NCBI GenBank assembly: GCA_010405405.1
Contig: MU004235.1
Coordinates: forward strand, 2,038,506 to 2,102,505
From: Microthyrium microscopicum
Lineage: Eukaryota
DNA length: 64,000 bases
Reading direction: 5' to 3'
Within the stretch, counting starts at the first letter, position 1. Every line of letters starts with the position of its first letter. The notes under the pieces were generated by a model that saw only the letters and a program-made list of their open reading frames with translations, searched no databases and was not told where the DNA came from. Of this stretch, positions 1 to 13,499 are shown in pieces. The translations under genes were made by a program, and so were the position numbers.

Positions 1-456
1 TATTAATATAATAAAGAGTAGTACTAAAATATTAAGAAAGCTAAAGAAACATTTTATTAGGCTAAAGAAAACTATAAAAATATTAAAGAAAAGATATAAG
101 AAAAGACTAAGAAGATACTTAGCTACCTTTATTAGCATATTTAGCGCCTTAAGTATAAAGATACTATTTATAAAAGATAAGTCTTACTAGTATACTTATA
201 TACTATCTATATTTTACTAGCCTTTATTATACTAGTAGTATAGCTATAAGATATTAAAAAGAAAGATCCTATTATTAAATTATAATAAACTACTATTAGC
301 TTAATATTTATACTATAGCGTTTAATCTATTCTAATACTAGTGTTTTAATTAATACTAGTAGTAGTATAATAGGAATTATTAACCCTTATTATCTTTAAT
401 AATATAGTATTCCTACTTTTTAACTTATATATCTATACTTAGTAATACTTACTAAT

Positions 457-682
457 TGTGATGATTCCTCTTTATAGGCTTTATAGCAGTGTTGTAAGAG
501 AGATCTTGTTATAAGATTACGCGCTAGACCTAAGGAGGTTAGCGCGCCTAAGGATCTACTAAGTAGACTTACTTTCCTTATAGATTTATAGCTCTTCTAG
601 ATCTTCTTTTCTCTCTTTCTTGTTTATAGATTCTAGAATGTAATTTGATTATTTACTTACTTAAGTTCTATAGCTTATTATA
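457..682 (+). repeat. 5' LTR of element A
   Basis: Direct repeat of 7463-7688; begins TGTGATGA. Confidence 0.95.
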
Positions 683-3600
683 TAATCTATGAACTATTTA
701 AATATTTATGCGCTTATACTATATATTCTAGAATTTACTTTTAAAGAAGTGCCTATATGGATTAATATCTTGCGTATATAGTTTTAGACTTTATTAAAGA
801 TCTTTTATAGATTTACTAAATTTGTTAGCTTTACTAACTTCTTATTTAATTAGAGCGTTAGGATTCTTTAATACTCTTTAACTTATTAATAGTCTAAGCA
901 TTAATTGCCTTTTATTCTTAGTTCTATAGAATACTAAAGTTTATCTTCTATATTACTACTAAATATTTATAATTATACTTAATATACTTACTATTAAAAC
1001 GTACTAAATAAATAAGCGTTCCCTCCTAGTACCCTTCTTTATTATTTATGACTATAGCTAATAAGGCTCCTTTTTAACCTAATAATAATACTAAACTTTC
1101 TCCTAGAATGTATAAATAGCTAATAGAACTATGCTAATAAGCTAAAGGCCTTAGAGTACTACTTATATTAATATTTTACTACTCTATAGTAGTAGACCTT
1201 AATTAATTAGTTACTTTAATTGTTAATAAGAACCCTTTAATCTTCTAAGCTACTTAAGTATAAAAGATACTAGGTAAAGAAGGTAATAAGCTAAAGGATA
1301 TAGAAGTATATCTTTATTATAAAGAAAAGTAATTAGACTTTTATTACTACTTTTACTACCTAATTAAATTAGGAGTAGACTTAGAACGTTTATTAAAAAG
1401 AAAGCTTATGCTAGATAACTTAATTATATAGCTTTATGCCTCCTTATTAGCTTCTTAAACTATAGTCTATTTCTTTAAAATTAAGCAAAATATAAATACT
1501 TATAATATAGACTTAATCTATACTCTCTAAGAAGAAGCTCTAGAAGCTTAAAGAAAGATATAAAACTTAGCTAAAACTAATAATAAACGTATAAAGTAGA
1601 TTACTTATTTTAAAGCGTAAATCTAAGATAATGCTATTATCTTTAAGGAAGTAGTGACTACTTACTAGAAGGTATAGGAATTATAATATAATAATAATCT
1701 ATTTAAAGAAGTACTTACTACTTATGTTAATAAGATTAGTAAATACTATAAGGCTTTATAGGAGAAGGTAAATAAAGCTACTATTCTTTAAGTTTAGGTT
1801 AATGCTTTTTAAAAGAAACTTTTAGTTATTAAGGTAACTAATTTCTATCTTAATTATAATAAGTTAGTAAATAATAATCTATTTTGCTAGACCTCCTTAA
1901 CTTAAGATATAGACTAACTTAACTTAAATATGCCTCTAGGAGTACTAAACTTATATTAAACTACTCTTTTTTTTAATCTTAACTTAGTTAGTAGTACCTC
2001 TCTTTTTAAGGTATAGGGTAATAAGCCTTTACTCTTCTTAGAAAAGAATAAGTAAAAGTACTATGCTTAGAAAGATAAAGTATTAGATTATCTTAATAAT
2101 AATGTATAAGTCTATTTTATAGAAGCTTTTAAAATCTAAGTTATTTAAGAAGTAATAAAAGATTAGGCGTTTAGTACTATTAATAAATAAAGTAACTATA
2201 AGTTAACTAATCTATATTTATCTATAGTAGAGATATAGTCTAATCTAGACTATAAGTATAGTATTAAAAATAGCTATATTACTACTAAGACTTAGCTTAA
2301 AAGTTAAGAAGCTATAATAAAGCTTACTAAGAAGCTTAAATAATTCTTAGTTTACTTCTTAGAGAACTTATAAGAAGCTAAGCTTAGTAATTAAGATAAG
2401 ATTATTAAAATACGTCTTTTTCTACTTCTAAAGTTTGTAAAGAAAGTACTCTTTATAGAATTAAAAATATTTACTAACTTTCTTAAGAACTTATATATTA
2501 TAGCTTATTATATTAAATATGTTTCCTTTACTAATTTATGAAGCTATAATAATAATAATTATCTAGTAGCTAAGGATAGTAGATAGAAACTAAAGTTTAA
2601 CTATCTTTTAGATATCTATAATACTTTAAAGGCTAATAATTATTATATAAAGTATAAAGAAAAGGGCTATAGTTATTAGTATAACTTAGTACTATATAAA
2701 GATAGAGATGCTCTTTTAGATACTAAAATTTAACTAAAGGTTATTATTATTATTATAAAGTTTACTACTATTTATAATTAAATTGCTACTTAATTTTCTT
2801 AGTTTCTAACTATAGAGGATAATTATAATAAGTATAATTATAGTAATAATATAGAAAATTAAAAGCTTCTCTATAAAGATGTATAAAGGAGCTAAATAAG
2901 TAAGAAGTATATAATTAGTAATAAAAGAAGAAAAAACTTAACCCTAAGTTAGTTCTCTTTAAAGAATAAATCTAATATAAGGTTAATAAGACTATCTAGT
3001 GCTTAGAAGATAATCTTTAATAAGTATTATCCTTAAAGCTTATTATATTTAATAATACTAAACTAGCTATTATTAAGATATTCCTTACTTTTATAGTATA
3101 TAATTTTTATTCCTAAGAAGTAGCTACTATACTTATAATAAGTAACTAATAGACTACTTCTAATATTATATTTTCTCTAAGATAAGGCTATTACTTAAAA
3201 ATTAATATTCTTATAGATACTAGTAGTAAAGTAATAGAAATTATTTACCCTAACTTTATTAAATAATATAGAATCTCTACTATTAATCTCTTTGCTCTCT
3301 AAATTATATAATTAGCTAATAGTAAGGTTATTATAAAAGTTAATAAAGCTACTATAGTTAACGTTTATTTAGAAGAGTATATTAAATAAATTTACTACTT
3401 TATTATAAATATTACTAGCTATAACCTTATTCTTAGCAACCCTTAGATTAACCTTTATAAGGTTATTCTTAAAGGAAGTAAGAAGTAAATCTACTTTAAC
3501 TTAGACTATTGCTTTATATACTACTTACTAGTAGGTTACTTAATCTTAGTAGATTATAAGGACTACTTAGTTAATCTAATAGACTCTTACTTTAAAAATA

Positions 3601-6600
3601 TTACTATAGTTAGCGCTACTACCTTTATTAACTTATTAGAATAAGGCTAATAATTTAGTAAAATCTAGCCTAATGACTTTAATAATAAAAAGAAAAAGAA
3701 ACCTTTAGATCTAGATTTTATATTAAAGAAAGACGTTATTATTAACTTAAGTAAAATCTTATCTAAGGATTTTAAAAAATAGTAAAAGAAGTATAATAAG
3801 CCTTCCTTCTTATAAAAAGAGATTCTTAAATGCCTACTAAAGGAATATTATTATTATATAGACGTCTTTAATCTAAAATTAGGTAATAAACTTATACTAT
3901 ACTATAATAAATAGAATTACTCTATTAATATTATTCTAGATATTATAATCCTTAAACGCTACTATAATAGCCTAGGTTACTAGGAATCTCTTATTATTAA
4001 ATAATATATTAATTAAATGCTTAGTTAAGATTAAGTTTAAGCTAGTAAGTTATATTACGCTATATTAATATTATATATATATAAGCTAGAAGGAGGAATT
4101 TAAGTTTATATTAATTATTATAGACTTAATAAGATTATATAAAAGAATTATAACGTCTCTTTATAGTTACTAGAAATACTTACTTATATTTATTATATAA
4201 AATACTTCTCTAAATTTAATATTATTACTACCTTTATATATATTCGTATTAAACCTAGTAATAAGTATAAAACTATATTTCTAACTTATTATAAGTTATA
4301 TAAATTTAAAGTTATGCCCTTTAGCTTTATTAGAGCCTTAAGGACTTTCTAAGCTTATCTTAACTATATCTTAATTAATTACTTAGATAATTTTATTATA
4401 AGCTATATAGATAATTTATTAGTCTTTAATAATACTAAAGCTAGCTATACTATCTATACTTACCTAGTCCTAAAAGTAATAAATAAAGTAGAATTATACT
4501 TAAATATCTAGAAGTATAAATTTAATACTTAATAAGTTAAATATCTTAGCCTAATTATTATTACTAAAAATATTAAGATAAACTTAGAAAAAGTTTAAAA
4601 CGTAGTTAACTAGTAATGTTCCTCTTTAGTAAAAGACGTTTAAGCTTTCCTTAGCTTTATTAACTTCTACTACTAATTTATTCTTAAATATTTAAAAACT
4701 ATAGTACTACTAATAGTATTTATAAAGAAGAATACTATAGTAATTTTTTCTTAGGACCCTAATAGGCTAAAGGAATATATATTTAAGAAGCTAAAGTAAG
4801 ACTTTACGTTTGCTAAGATATTACGTTACTTTAACTATATAAAAGAAATATAGCTAGAGATAAATACCTTAGATTAGGTTTATGCTATAGTTCTTTCTTA
4901 AAAAGGTAATAATAAAAAGCTTTATCTAGTTGCGTACTTCTTAAAGAAGATAACTCTAATAGAATATAATTACGATATTTATAATAAAGAGCTTTTAACT
5001 ATTGTTTATATATTTAAAAAGTAGAAACTAGAGCTATTTAGCTCTATTAACCTTATTTAAGTATTCTTTAATTACTATAACTTTTAAACGTTTATAATAA
5101 TAAAACGTCTTTCTTAATAATAAGCTAGATAGGCTAAGTTTCTCTTCTAGTTTTACTTTAAGATAAAGTATTATTTAGGTATAGCTAATAGAAAGATAAA
5201 TACCTTTACTTATTAGTTATAAGATATTTTGTAAAGTAATAATAATTCTTACGTCTCTTAATAGGTTTAACCTTTACTATTCCTATACTAATTTAATATA
5301 GAATACGTAATAAAGCTAGCTATATTACTTATTAAACTTACTTATCTTTCTATACTATACTTAGCTATTATTACTTAAAATAAGTTAGATATTTTTAATT
5401 CTATAAGTAAGCTACTTAATCCTATAGGAGAGTCTCTTAGTAATAATAAGATACTTAAGAATAAGCTACTTAATTCCTTAAGAAATAACCTATTTCTAAA
5501 TTTTAATAGTAACTAATTCCTATAGAATATTATAAACGTAGTGAAGTATAATAAAATAATAATTGCTATTTATTACGCTAAGACTAACTACTAGCTCTTT
5601 TTACCTTTTAATACTCTAAAGTAAGAGTAAATTAAGCTTAGAGACTATATAGTAGCTATTAATAAAATAATTCTTTATTATAACTAGATCTTTATTTCTT
5701 AAGATAAGCTTTAACGTTACGTTATATAGAGTGCATATAGTTATAAAGCTATAAGCTATAGCGGAGTAGTAATAACTTACTACTATCTATAAGAAGATTA
5801 TTAATAGCCTAAGATATTATAGGACGTTAAGAGCTTTATTAAAGGCTATAAATATGTATTTACTAAACCTATTTACTAAAAGAAGTAAGGCTTTCTACGT
5901 TAATTTCCTCTTCTTAAGTAAGTATAATTAGATATCTCTATTAACTTTGCTATCTTATTATCTTACTATTTATACTAAGGTATAATCTATTAATATATTA
6001 TAGTAGTTATTAACTAATATATATAAACCTAGTATTTTATTTTGCTACTAAACTTATCTATAGACTTAATAGTACTAGCTTTTATTAACTATATATAGAA
6101 GCTTATTAGCTAGCTATTAATAATTCTTTTAAATTGTAGTAGCTAATTTATCTTTATATTTTAGAAGTACTTATATAAATATATAGGCATAATACTTTAT
6201 CTTAATATAGTATTTTATCCTAAGACTAATAGTATAATAGAAATCTTAGTTGCTATACTTAAGTAATTTTTATATACGTTTATTAACTAGGATTAAGATA
6301 ACTAAGTAGCTTTTTTATCCTTTACTAAATTTATAGTTAATTTTGTTATAAATACTACTATAGAAGTTATACTCTTTAAAGCTTAAAATAGATTTAACCC
6401 TTAATTAAGTCTTAAGTTCTTATATTACTTCTTAAAACCTATAAACGCCTTTATAGTTACTAATAAGGAAGCTATTAATATAGATATAATATAAATAGAT
6501 TATACTAAGATATATAATTACTTAATAAAGTAATTAATCTAGGCATAAGCTTAATAGATAGAATATGCTAACTACTATTACTATATAGCTTTAAATCTAG

Positions 6601-7462
6601 TACTAAGTAACTAAGTTTGCTTAGATATATAGAACTATTTTACTTTATGTCCTTTAAAGACTCTAAATAATAAGAATATAAGCCCCTTCTATATAATTAA
6701 GAAAATTAATACTATTATCTATAAACTTAATCTCTCCTCTTTTATAAAGATATATAATATTTTCTATACCTAGGTTCTTTATTATATTATAAATAACGTT
6801 AAGCTACTTAAGTATGCTAATTTACTATTAGTAGTTATTAGAGAAACTATAGATAATAATAAATAGTTTATTAACGCTATTATTAATAGCTACTTTGCTA
6901 GTTAATATAAGAAGCTATAATATAAGATTAAGTATACTAGTTATAATAAAGCTAAATAGTATAATTAAATAGCTATTAAGAATGCGCTAGAGCTTATTAC
7001 TAAGTTTTACGCTTAGTACCTTAGTAAGCTAAGCCTATATTTTACTTAGATACTACTAATACTAGAGCTTATTAGTAATAGTATTAATTATAACTCTAAT
7101 AGTATTCCTACTAATTAAGAGGAGTAAATAATTATACTATTAATTTCTTTATATTAATAGGACTACTAACTACTAAACTACTAGAACTTAAGAACTAGAG
7201 TATTCTAAGGATATCTTAAGGTTTATTAATACTTCTTAATAGTTGTCTTAGTAAGCTAAAGGTTAAGATACTCTAAATAACTAGTAAGGTTAATATTATA
7301 CTATAGAAGGATTAAAATATTATTTATTACTAAAAGTTTATTAGACTAGACTAGACTAGACTAGATTAGATTAGACTAGATTAGATTAGGATAGAATAGA
7401 TTAGGAAAGTAGATATAATTAGTAGTCTATAGCTTAGAGAGCTATACTAAAGGGGGAGGTTA

Positions 7463-7688
7463 TATAATAATTCCTCTTTATAGGCTTTATAGTAGTATTA
7501 TAAGAAAGATTTTATTATAAGATTATGTGCTAGACCTAAGGAGGTTAGCGCGCCTAAGGATCTACTAAGTAAACTTACTTCCTTCGTAGATTTGTAGCTT
7601 TTCTAGATCTTCTTTTCTCTCTCTCTTATTCGTAGATTCTAGAATGTAATCTAATTATCTGCTTGCCTGAGTTCTGTAGCTTGTTACA
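7463..7688 (+). repeat. 3' LTR of element A
   Basis: Direct repeat of 457-682; ends TGTTACA; preceded by PPT. Confidence 0.95.
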
Positions 7689-10600
7689 CTAATAGTAAGT
7701 TAGTATTTATAGTTAATAAAGCTACTATCCTTAACCTATGTATTAGATACTATGTTAAGTAGATTAGCTATTTTATTATAAAAGTAGCTTCTTATAATCT
7801 AATCTTAGAAGTATTCTAGCTAGATTAATATAAAGTTAACTTATATAAAGGTTTAAGAACATTAATCTTTTATAGTATAAAATATATTATAAATTATATT
7901 ATATTATAACGCTTAATTATTATAGACCTAAAAGGATAATTTATAAACTTAGAATTACTTAAAGAATTAGATATTACTTTTATATTTATAGTAGCGTTTA
8001 AGAAACTAATAAAGTATAAAGACGCTATAGTTAATATATTCTAGCCTAAAGATTTTAATAATAATAAAAAAAAGAAACCTCTTAATAGTAATAAAGATAA
8101 TAATAACAAATTTACTATAAACCTTACTATATATGCTATATTAGAGGAAGATTATCTTAAATAGTAAAATAAGTAAAATTACCTTTACCTATTAAAAGAG
8201 AAGATCTTAAAACTTATTCTAGAATATTTTTACTAATATTTTAAAGTCTTTAATTTAAAGTATTTAAATATCTTTACGCCTTATTATAATAAATATAACT
8301 ACGTTATTAACTTTATTCTTAATACTAAAATTCTAAAATACTAACCTATATTAATATTACTAAAATAAGCCTTAGTTATTAAATAATATATTAAGAGTCT
8401 ACTCTAGTATAGTTTTACTATAAGTTTAAAATCTTAATATACTATACTTATGCTTTATATAAGTAAGCTAAAAGAAGGTATTTACGTCTATATTAATTAT
8501 TATAAGTTAAATAATATTACTATTAAAAATAGTAACGTCCTACTACTTATTAGTAAGATACTTATATATCTTATAAAAGTAAAGTATTACTCTAAGTTTA
8601 ACGTTATTACTACCTTTAAACGTATCTATATTAAACCTAAAAATAAATATAAGATAGCATTCTTAATACGCTATAGCCTATTTAAGTTTAAAGTACTACC
8701 CTTTAGCCTTATAAGAGGACTAAGGATATTCTAAGTATATATTAATTATACGCTAATATAGTTTTTAGATAATTTTATAACTATTTATTTAGATAATATT
8801 TTAATATTTAGTAAAATACTAGAAGAATATAATGCCTATATATATTTAGTACTAGACGTATTAGAATATATAGGCTTATTTCTTAATATTAAGAAGTTAG
8901 AGTTTATTATTTAAGAAGTAAAATACCTTAGTCTAATTATTACTATAAAAGGTATTAAGATAAACCCTTTAAAGGTTAATATAGTAATTAACTAGGAACG
9001 ACTAAGCTATCTTAATAATATTTAGACATTCCTTAGATTTGCTAACTTTTACTAATAGTTTATCTTTAATTACTCTACTATAGTAGCACCCTTAACAAAT
9101 CTTACTTAGAAAGATGCTTTAGCTATATTCCTTTAAGATCTTAATAGGCCTAAAGAATAAGCTTTTAAGAAGCTAAAAGTAGACTTTACTAACACGCTAA
9201 TACTTTAATACTTTAACTATACTAAGGAAACTTAGATAGAGATAGACGTATTAGATTAAGCTTACGCTACTATATTATTATAAAAAGATATAAATAATAA
9301 TCTAAGACTAGTTACCTTCCTCTCTAAAAAGATATTACTAGTAGAATATAATTATAATATTTATAATAAGGAACTACTTACTATTATCTATGCTTTTAAG
9401 GAATAGGAGCCTAAGTTATTTAGTACTAAAGATATTATAAAAGTATTCTTAGATTATTAAAATCTTTAAACCTTTATAAAGATTAAGAAGCTTATATACT
9501 ATTAAATGCGCTAGGCTAAATTCCTATTATAATTTTACTTCTTAATTAAGTATTACTTTAGTAAAGATAATAGCAAAGCTAATACTTTAACCTAAAGATT
9601 ATAAGACGTACTCTAAAATAATAAAGACTTATAAGTTAAGTAATAGTATTAATTACTCCTATTCTTATATTAATTTAGTACTAAACGAGCTATTAAACTA
9701 GCTATAATACTTATTAATCCTATTACTTTATCCTTTATATAGATAGCTACGCTTATATTAGATAAGCTAGATATTACTATAATAAGGAAGTCTAATTTAG
9801 AACCTATTATAAAAAGCTCTTAGAATAGAGCTCTAGCTAATTTAGATAATTTACTACTAGTTAATACTAAATCCTTAGATTTTAACTTAGAGTAGTTTAT
9901 ATAAGAAATAATAAAGATAAGTAAAGAAGATAAGTTACTTATTATAATCTAACTAGTAAAGGCATAGAAAAACTACTTCTTACTCTTTAGTATACTAGAT
10001 TAGGATTAAATTAAATTAATAGATTATAAGGCTCTACTAAATAGTACTATCCTTTATTAATAAAAGTTATTTATACTAATAATATATTTATAAAATAAAG
10101 TAATAAAATAAGCATATTAATACAAAGTTATAGGTTATAAAGGAACTATAATAACCTACTACTACCTCTAATAAGATTATTAGTAGCTAAGAATGTTAGA
10201 ATATATTAAAAAATATATTAAAGGTTATTACTATATCTTTATAAAATTAGTATACTAAAAGAAGTAAGAGCTTCTTTATTTATTCTCTTTACTAGATTAG
10301 GCTTAATCTAATATCTTTATAAACTTTACTATTTTACTACTATATTATATATACTAAGGTATAGTTTACTAATATATTATAGTTATTATTAATTATTTAA
10401 CGTAATTATAATAGTTTATTACTCTCCTAAGTCTTTTAGTAGAAATAATAATTATAGTATTTATTAATTAAGTATAAAAGTTATATAGTTAGCTAAACTT
10501 AATCCTCTTAGATTAAAGAACTTAGTTTATATCTACCTTTTAGGGTTACCTATATAAATATATAAGCATTATATTAAGATTAAGTACTATATAGTATCTA

Positions 10601-11823
10601 GAATCTAATAGTATTACTAAAATAACTATTACTACTTTAAAATAGTATCTTAGATTCTTTATTAATTAGAATTAAAATAATTAGGTAGCCCTATTACTAT
10701 TTACTAAGTTTATAGTAAATTCCGTTATAAATATTACTACTAAGTTTATACCTTTTAAGGCATAAAATAGTTTCCTACCTAAATTAGGACTTAAATCTAC
10801 TTATTACTTACTACTAAAAGCGTCCTATACTTTTATTATAATATACAAAGAAGTTATTACTACTAATTAAGTTTAAGATAGTTATAAGAAGCTTTATAAG
10901 TTCTTAAAGGAGTAATTAGTTTAGGCTTAAGCTTAATAAAAGCTTTATACTAATAAATATTAACGTCTAGCACTAGATCTCTATTTAGAAAACTAGGTAT
11001 AACTTAACGTTCAAAATTATAATATAACTTATCCTTTAAAGATACTTAATAGTAAAAGCGCTAGTCCTTTTAAGGTATTATATAAGATTAATAAAGTAAT
11101 ATATAAATTAGATCTTCCTAAATTAATAAAGATATACCTAGTATTTTATACCTAGTTATTATATCTAATTAATAATAATATATACTTATTATAAGAGTTA
11201 AATCCTCTCCTAGCAATCGTTAGTAAGAAAGAGAGTAAAGAAAAATAGCTAGTTAATACTATTATTAATAGCAAATAGGATAGTAAAGGTAAGAATAAGG
11301 TACTTAAATATAAAATTAAATAGATAGGATTTTATAATAAAACTTAGTAGCCTTAGAAGGATACTATTAATATACCTAACGCTATATTAGAATTTTATAG
11401 GCTTTATCCTTAGAAGCTTAGTTTGTATTTATCTTAGTCCCTATTAGCAAATTAAATTAAAGAAGAAGATTATAATACTAATAGACTACCTATAAATTAG
11501 GATTACATAGCATAAAAAAAGCGTTGTATTTATTTATTTTACTAATAGCATTATACCCCTAGTTTAGTTATTAATTTATACTACTAAAGAAATTATAGAA
11601 TATTACGAACTAGCTCAAATAGACATCCTCCTCTTTATTAAATAGATTTAGATAGTACTAAGGTAAGTAGATAGTATATTACTATATCTCTTAGTAGTAA
11701 TATATATAAAGGAGTTTGTATTTATATAGACTAGCCTAGCCTAGCCTAGACTAGACTAGACTAGACTAAAATAGATTAGATTGAGATATAGCCTATAAGG
11801 TCTATTTTTAAGGGAAGGAGTTA

Positions 11824-12046
11824 TATAAGGAATCCTTATAGATTTAGTATTATAGTATTTAGATGCTAAGATTTAATTCTATAGATAAGATCTCTTTATC
11901 CTGTTTAAGGTTAGTATATCTAAGGATATCCTAGGCTCCTACTTCTTCGTATTCGTAGCTATATCTCTAGATCTCTTCTCTTTGTACTTAGATCCTATAA
12001 TACTAGCTACTTTCTGCTCGCCTGTTATGCCTATTAGCTCCTTATA
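11824..12046 (+). repeat. 3' LTR of element B
   Basis: Follows PPT; terminal inverted TATAAGGA...TCCTTATA (RIPed TGTAAGGA...TCCTTACA); ~223 bp. Confidence 0.75.
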
Positions 12047-12709
12047 TATATTATAAATTCTAAGATAAATCTTAGAAAAATATAGTATAAAGTATCTAGT
12101 ACTATATATTAAATAATATAATACTATTATAGCTATAAATNNNNNNNNNNACTAGAAAATTTCTAGTAAAATACTAAAATTATAAATAATTCTAGTAATA
12201 ATAGCTATAAAGCTAATAGATAATAGTAATTATATAAAGATAAATCAATATATTATTAATAAGATCTATATATTATTAGTATTTCTATAGAAATACTAAT
12301 AAATAATAAGATTTTTAAAAATAAAGTTAGTTAATTTACTAAGTAAATTAAGTAGAAAACAACTTACCTATAACTATAAAAGGCTAGTATAACTATAAAA
12401 TATAGTAGATATAATAGAAATAAAGAACTAGTAGTACTACTAATAGTATTACTAATATAATAGAAAGTAGAAGAGTATAAGATAGAATAAGATAGAATAG
12501 AATAAAATAAGATAGAATATAATTATTTCTAGAGGAGAACTACTACTACTTATATACAATTTAAAGAGCTAGTTTACTACGCTAACGTTCTTCTTATCTT
12601 ACTACCCTTACTACTATTTTAAGGAATAGTTATTACTAATCTAACTATTTAATAAGCAAGTGTTTCTAGACTATTTAATCTACGTTTAAATACGAGCTAA
12701 ATATAAGAT

Positions 12710-13495
12710 ATTTATAAGGGTTAGATTACAAGTAAGTATAAAAACCCTATAAGATAAGTATAGATTAAGGGCTAGATTATGCGTAATTACTAAGAATAGA
12801 TAAATAAGTAAGCAAGTATAGATCTAGAGCTAGGATAATACGTAAGTAAAGTAAGATTTACGTTCTAGATCTACGTTATCTATTTAGAATTATAAGGGTA
12901 GATTATAAGTAATTATAAGAACCTTATAAGATAAGTATAGATTAAGAACTAGATTACGCATAATTACTAAGAATAGATAAATAAGTAAGCAAGTATAGAT
13001 CTAAAGCTAGGATAATACGTAAGTTAAGTAAAATCTATAATATAGATCTTACTTAATTACTTATAATAATAAGGGCTAGATTACAAGTAATAATAAGTAT
13101 CCTAGTAAATAAGCATAGATCTAGGTCTAGATCTATTTACTTATAATCTAGCCTTTATAATTACAAATAGATAACGCAAATCTAGAACGTAGATCTTACT
13201 TAACTTATTTATTATCCTAGCTTTAAATCTATACTCACTTACTTATTTATCTATTCCTAGTAATTACATATAATCTAGCCCTTAATCTATACTTATTTTA
13301 TAAAGTTCTTATAATTACTCATAATTTAGCTTTTATAATTATAAATAGATACGCGTAGACTCTAGTATTTAATCTATATTAACTTACTTAACAACCTAGA
13401 TAGTAATATAACTATACTAATCTAATTTATAATATACGTAATTATATTAAGGGCTAATAGATAATAAGGGCCTTAGCATAGTAATCTAGCCCTTT
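12710..13495. repeat. Foldback-like array: ~180-bp units, direct then inverted, built from motif AAGGGCTAGATTAC...TAA
   Basis: Units at ~12715 and ~12893; reverse-complement copy ~13137-13355; palindrome ATAGATCTAG-GT-CTAGATCTAT at 13115-13136. Confidence 0.8.
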
Positions 13496-13499
13496 AGGT

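Larger units (their letters stand above)
457..7688 (+). mobile_element. Full-length RIP-inactivated Ty3/Gypsy chromovirus LTR retrotransposon (element A)
   Basis: 226-bp LTRs at 457-682 and 7463-7688, outer termini TG...CA, 5-bp TSD CTAAT (452-456, 7689-7693), PPT AAAGGGGGAG at ~7449-7458. De-RIPed motifs: gag CxxCxxxxH ~2645, protease LxDTG ~3210, RT Y(M/I)DD ~4404, RNase H ETDASD ~4857 and YDIYDKELL ~4971, integrase, chromodomain-like WFVDAIVDS ~6865. Confidence 0.95.
1..12046 (+). mobile_element. Second, older Ty3/Gypsy chromovirus (element B), interrupted by element A; 5' end lies outside the window
   Basis: Protease LIDTG-like at ~346-360 continues after 7693; RT YLDDILIF-like ~8785 (ORF 8450-8734 is an RT fragment); RNase H, integrase, chromodomain-like WLVDAIVDS ~11245; PPT AAGGGAAGGAG ~11810-11820. 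Confidence 0.9.

Noticed and set aside
8450..8734. 94-aa ORF as an independent gene
   Set aside because: Chance stop-free piece of the RIPed RT of element B
12710..13495. CRISPR-like array
   Set aside because: Eukaryotic context; intervening sequences are themselves repeated and there are no cas genes
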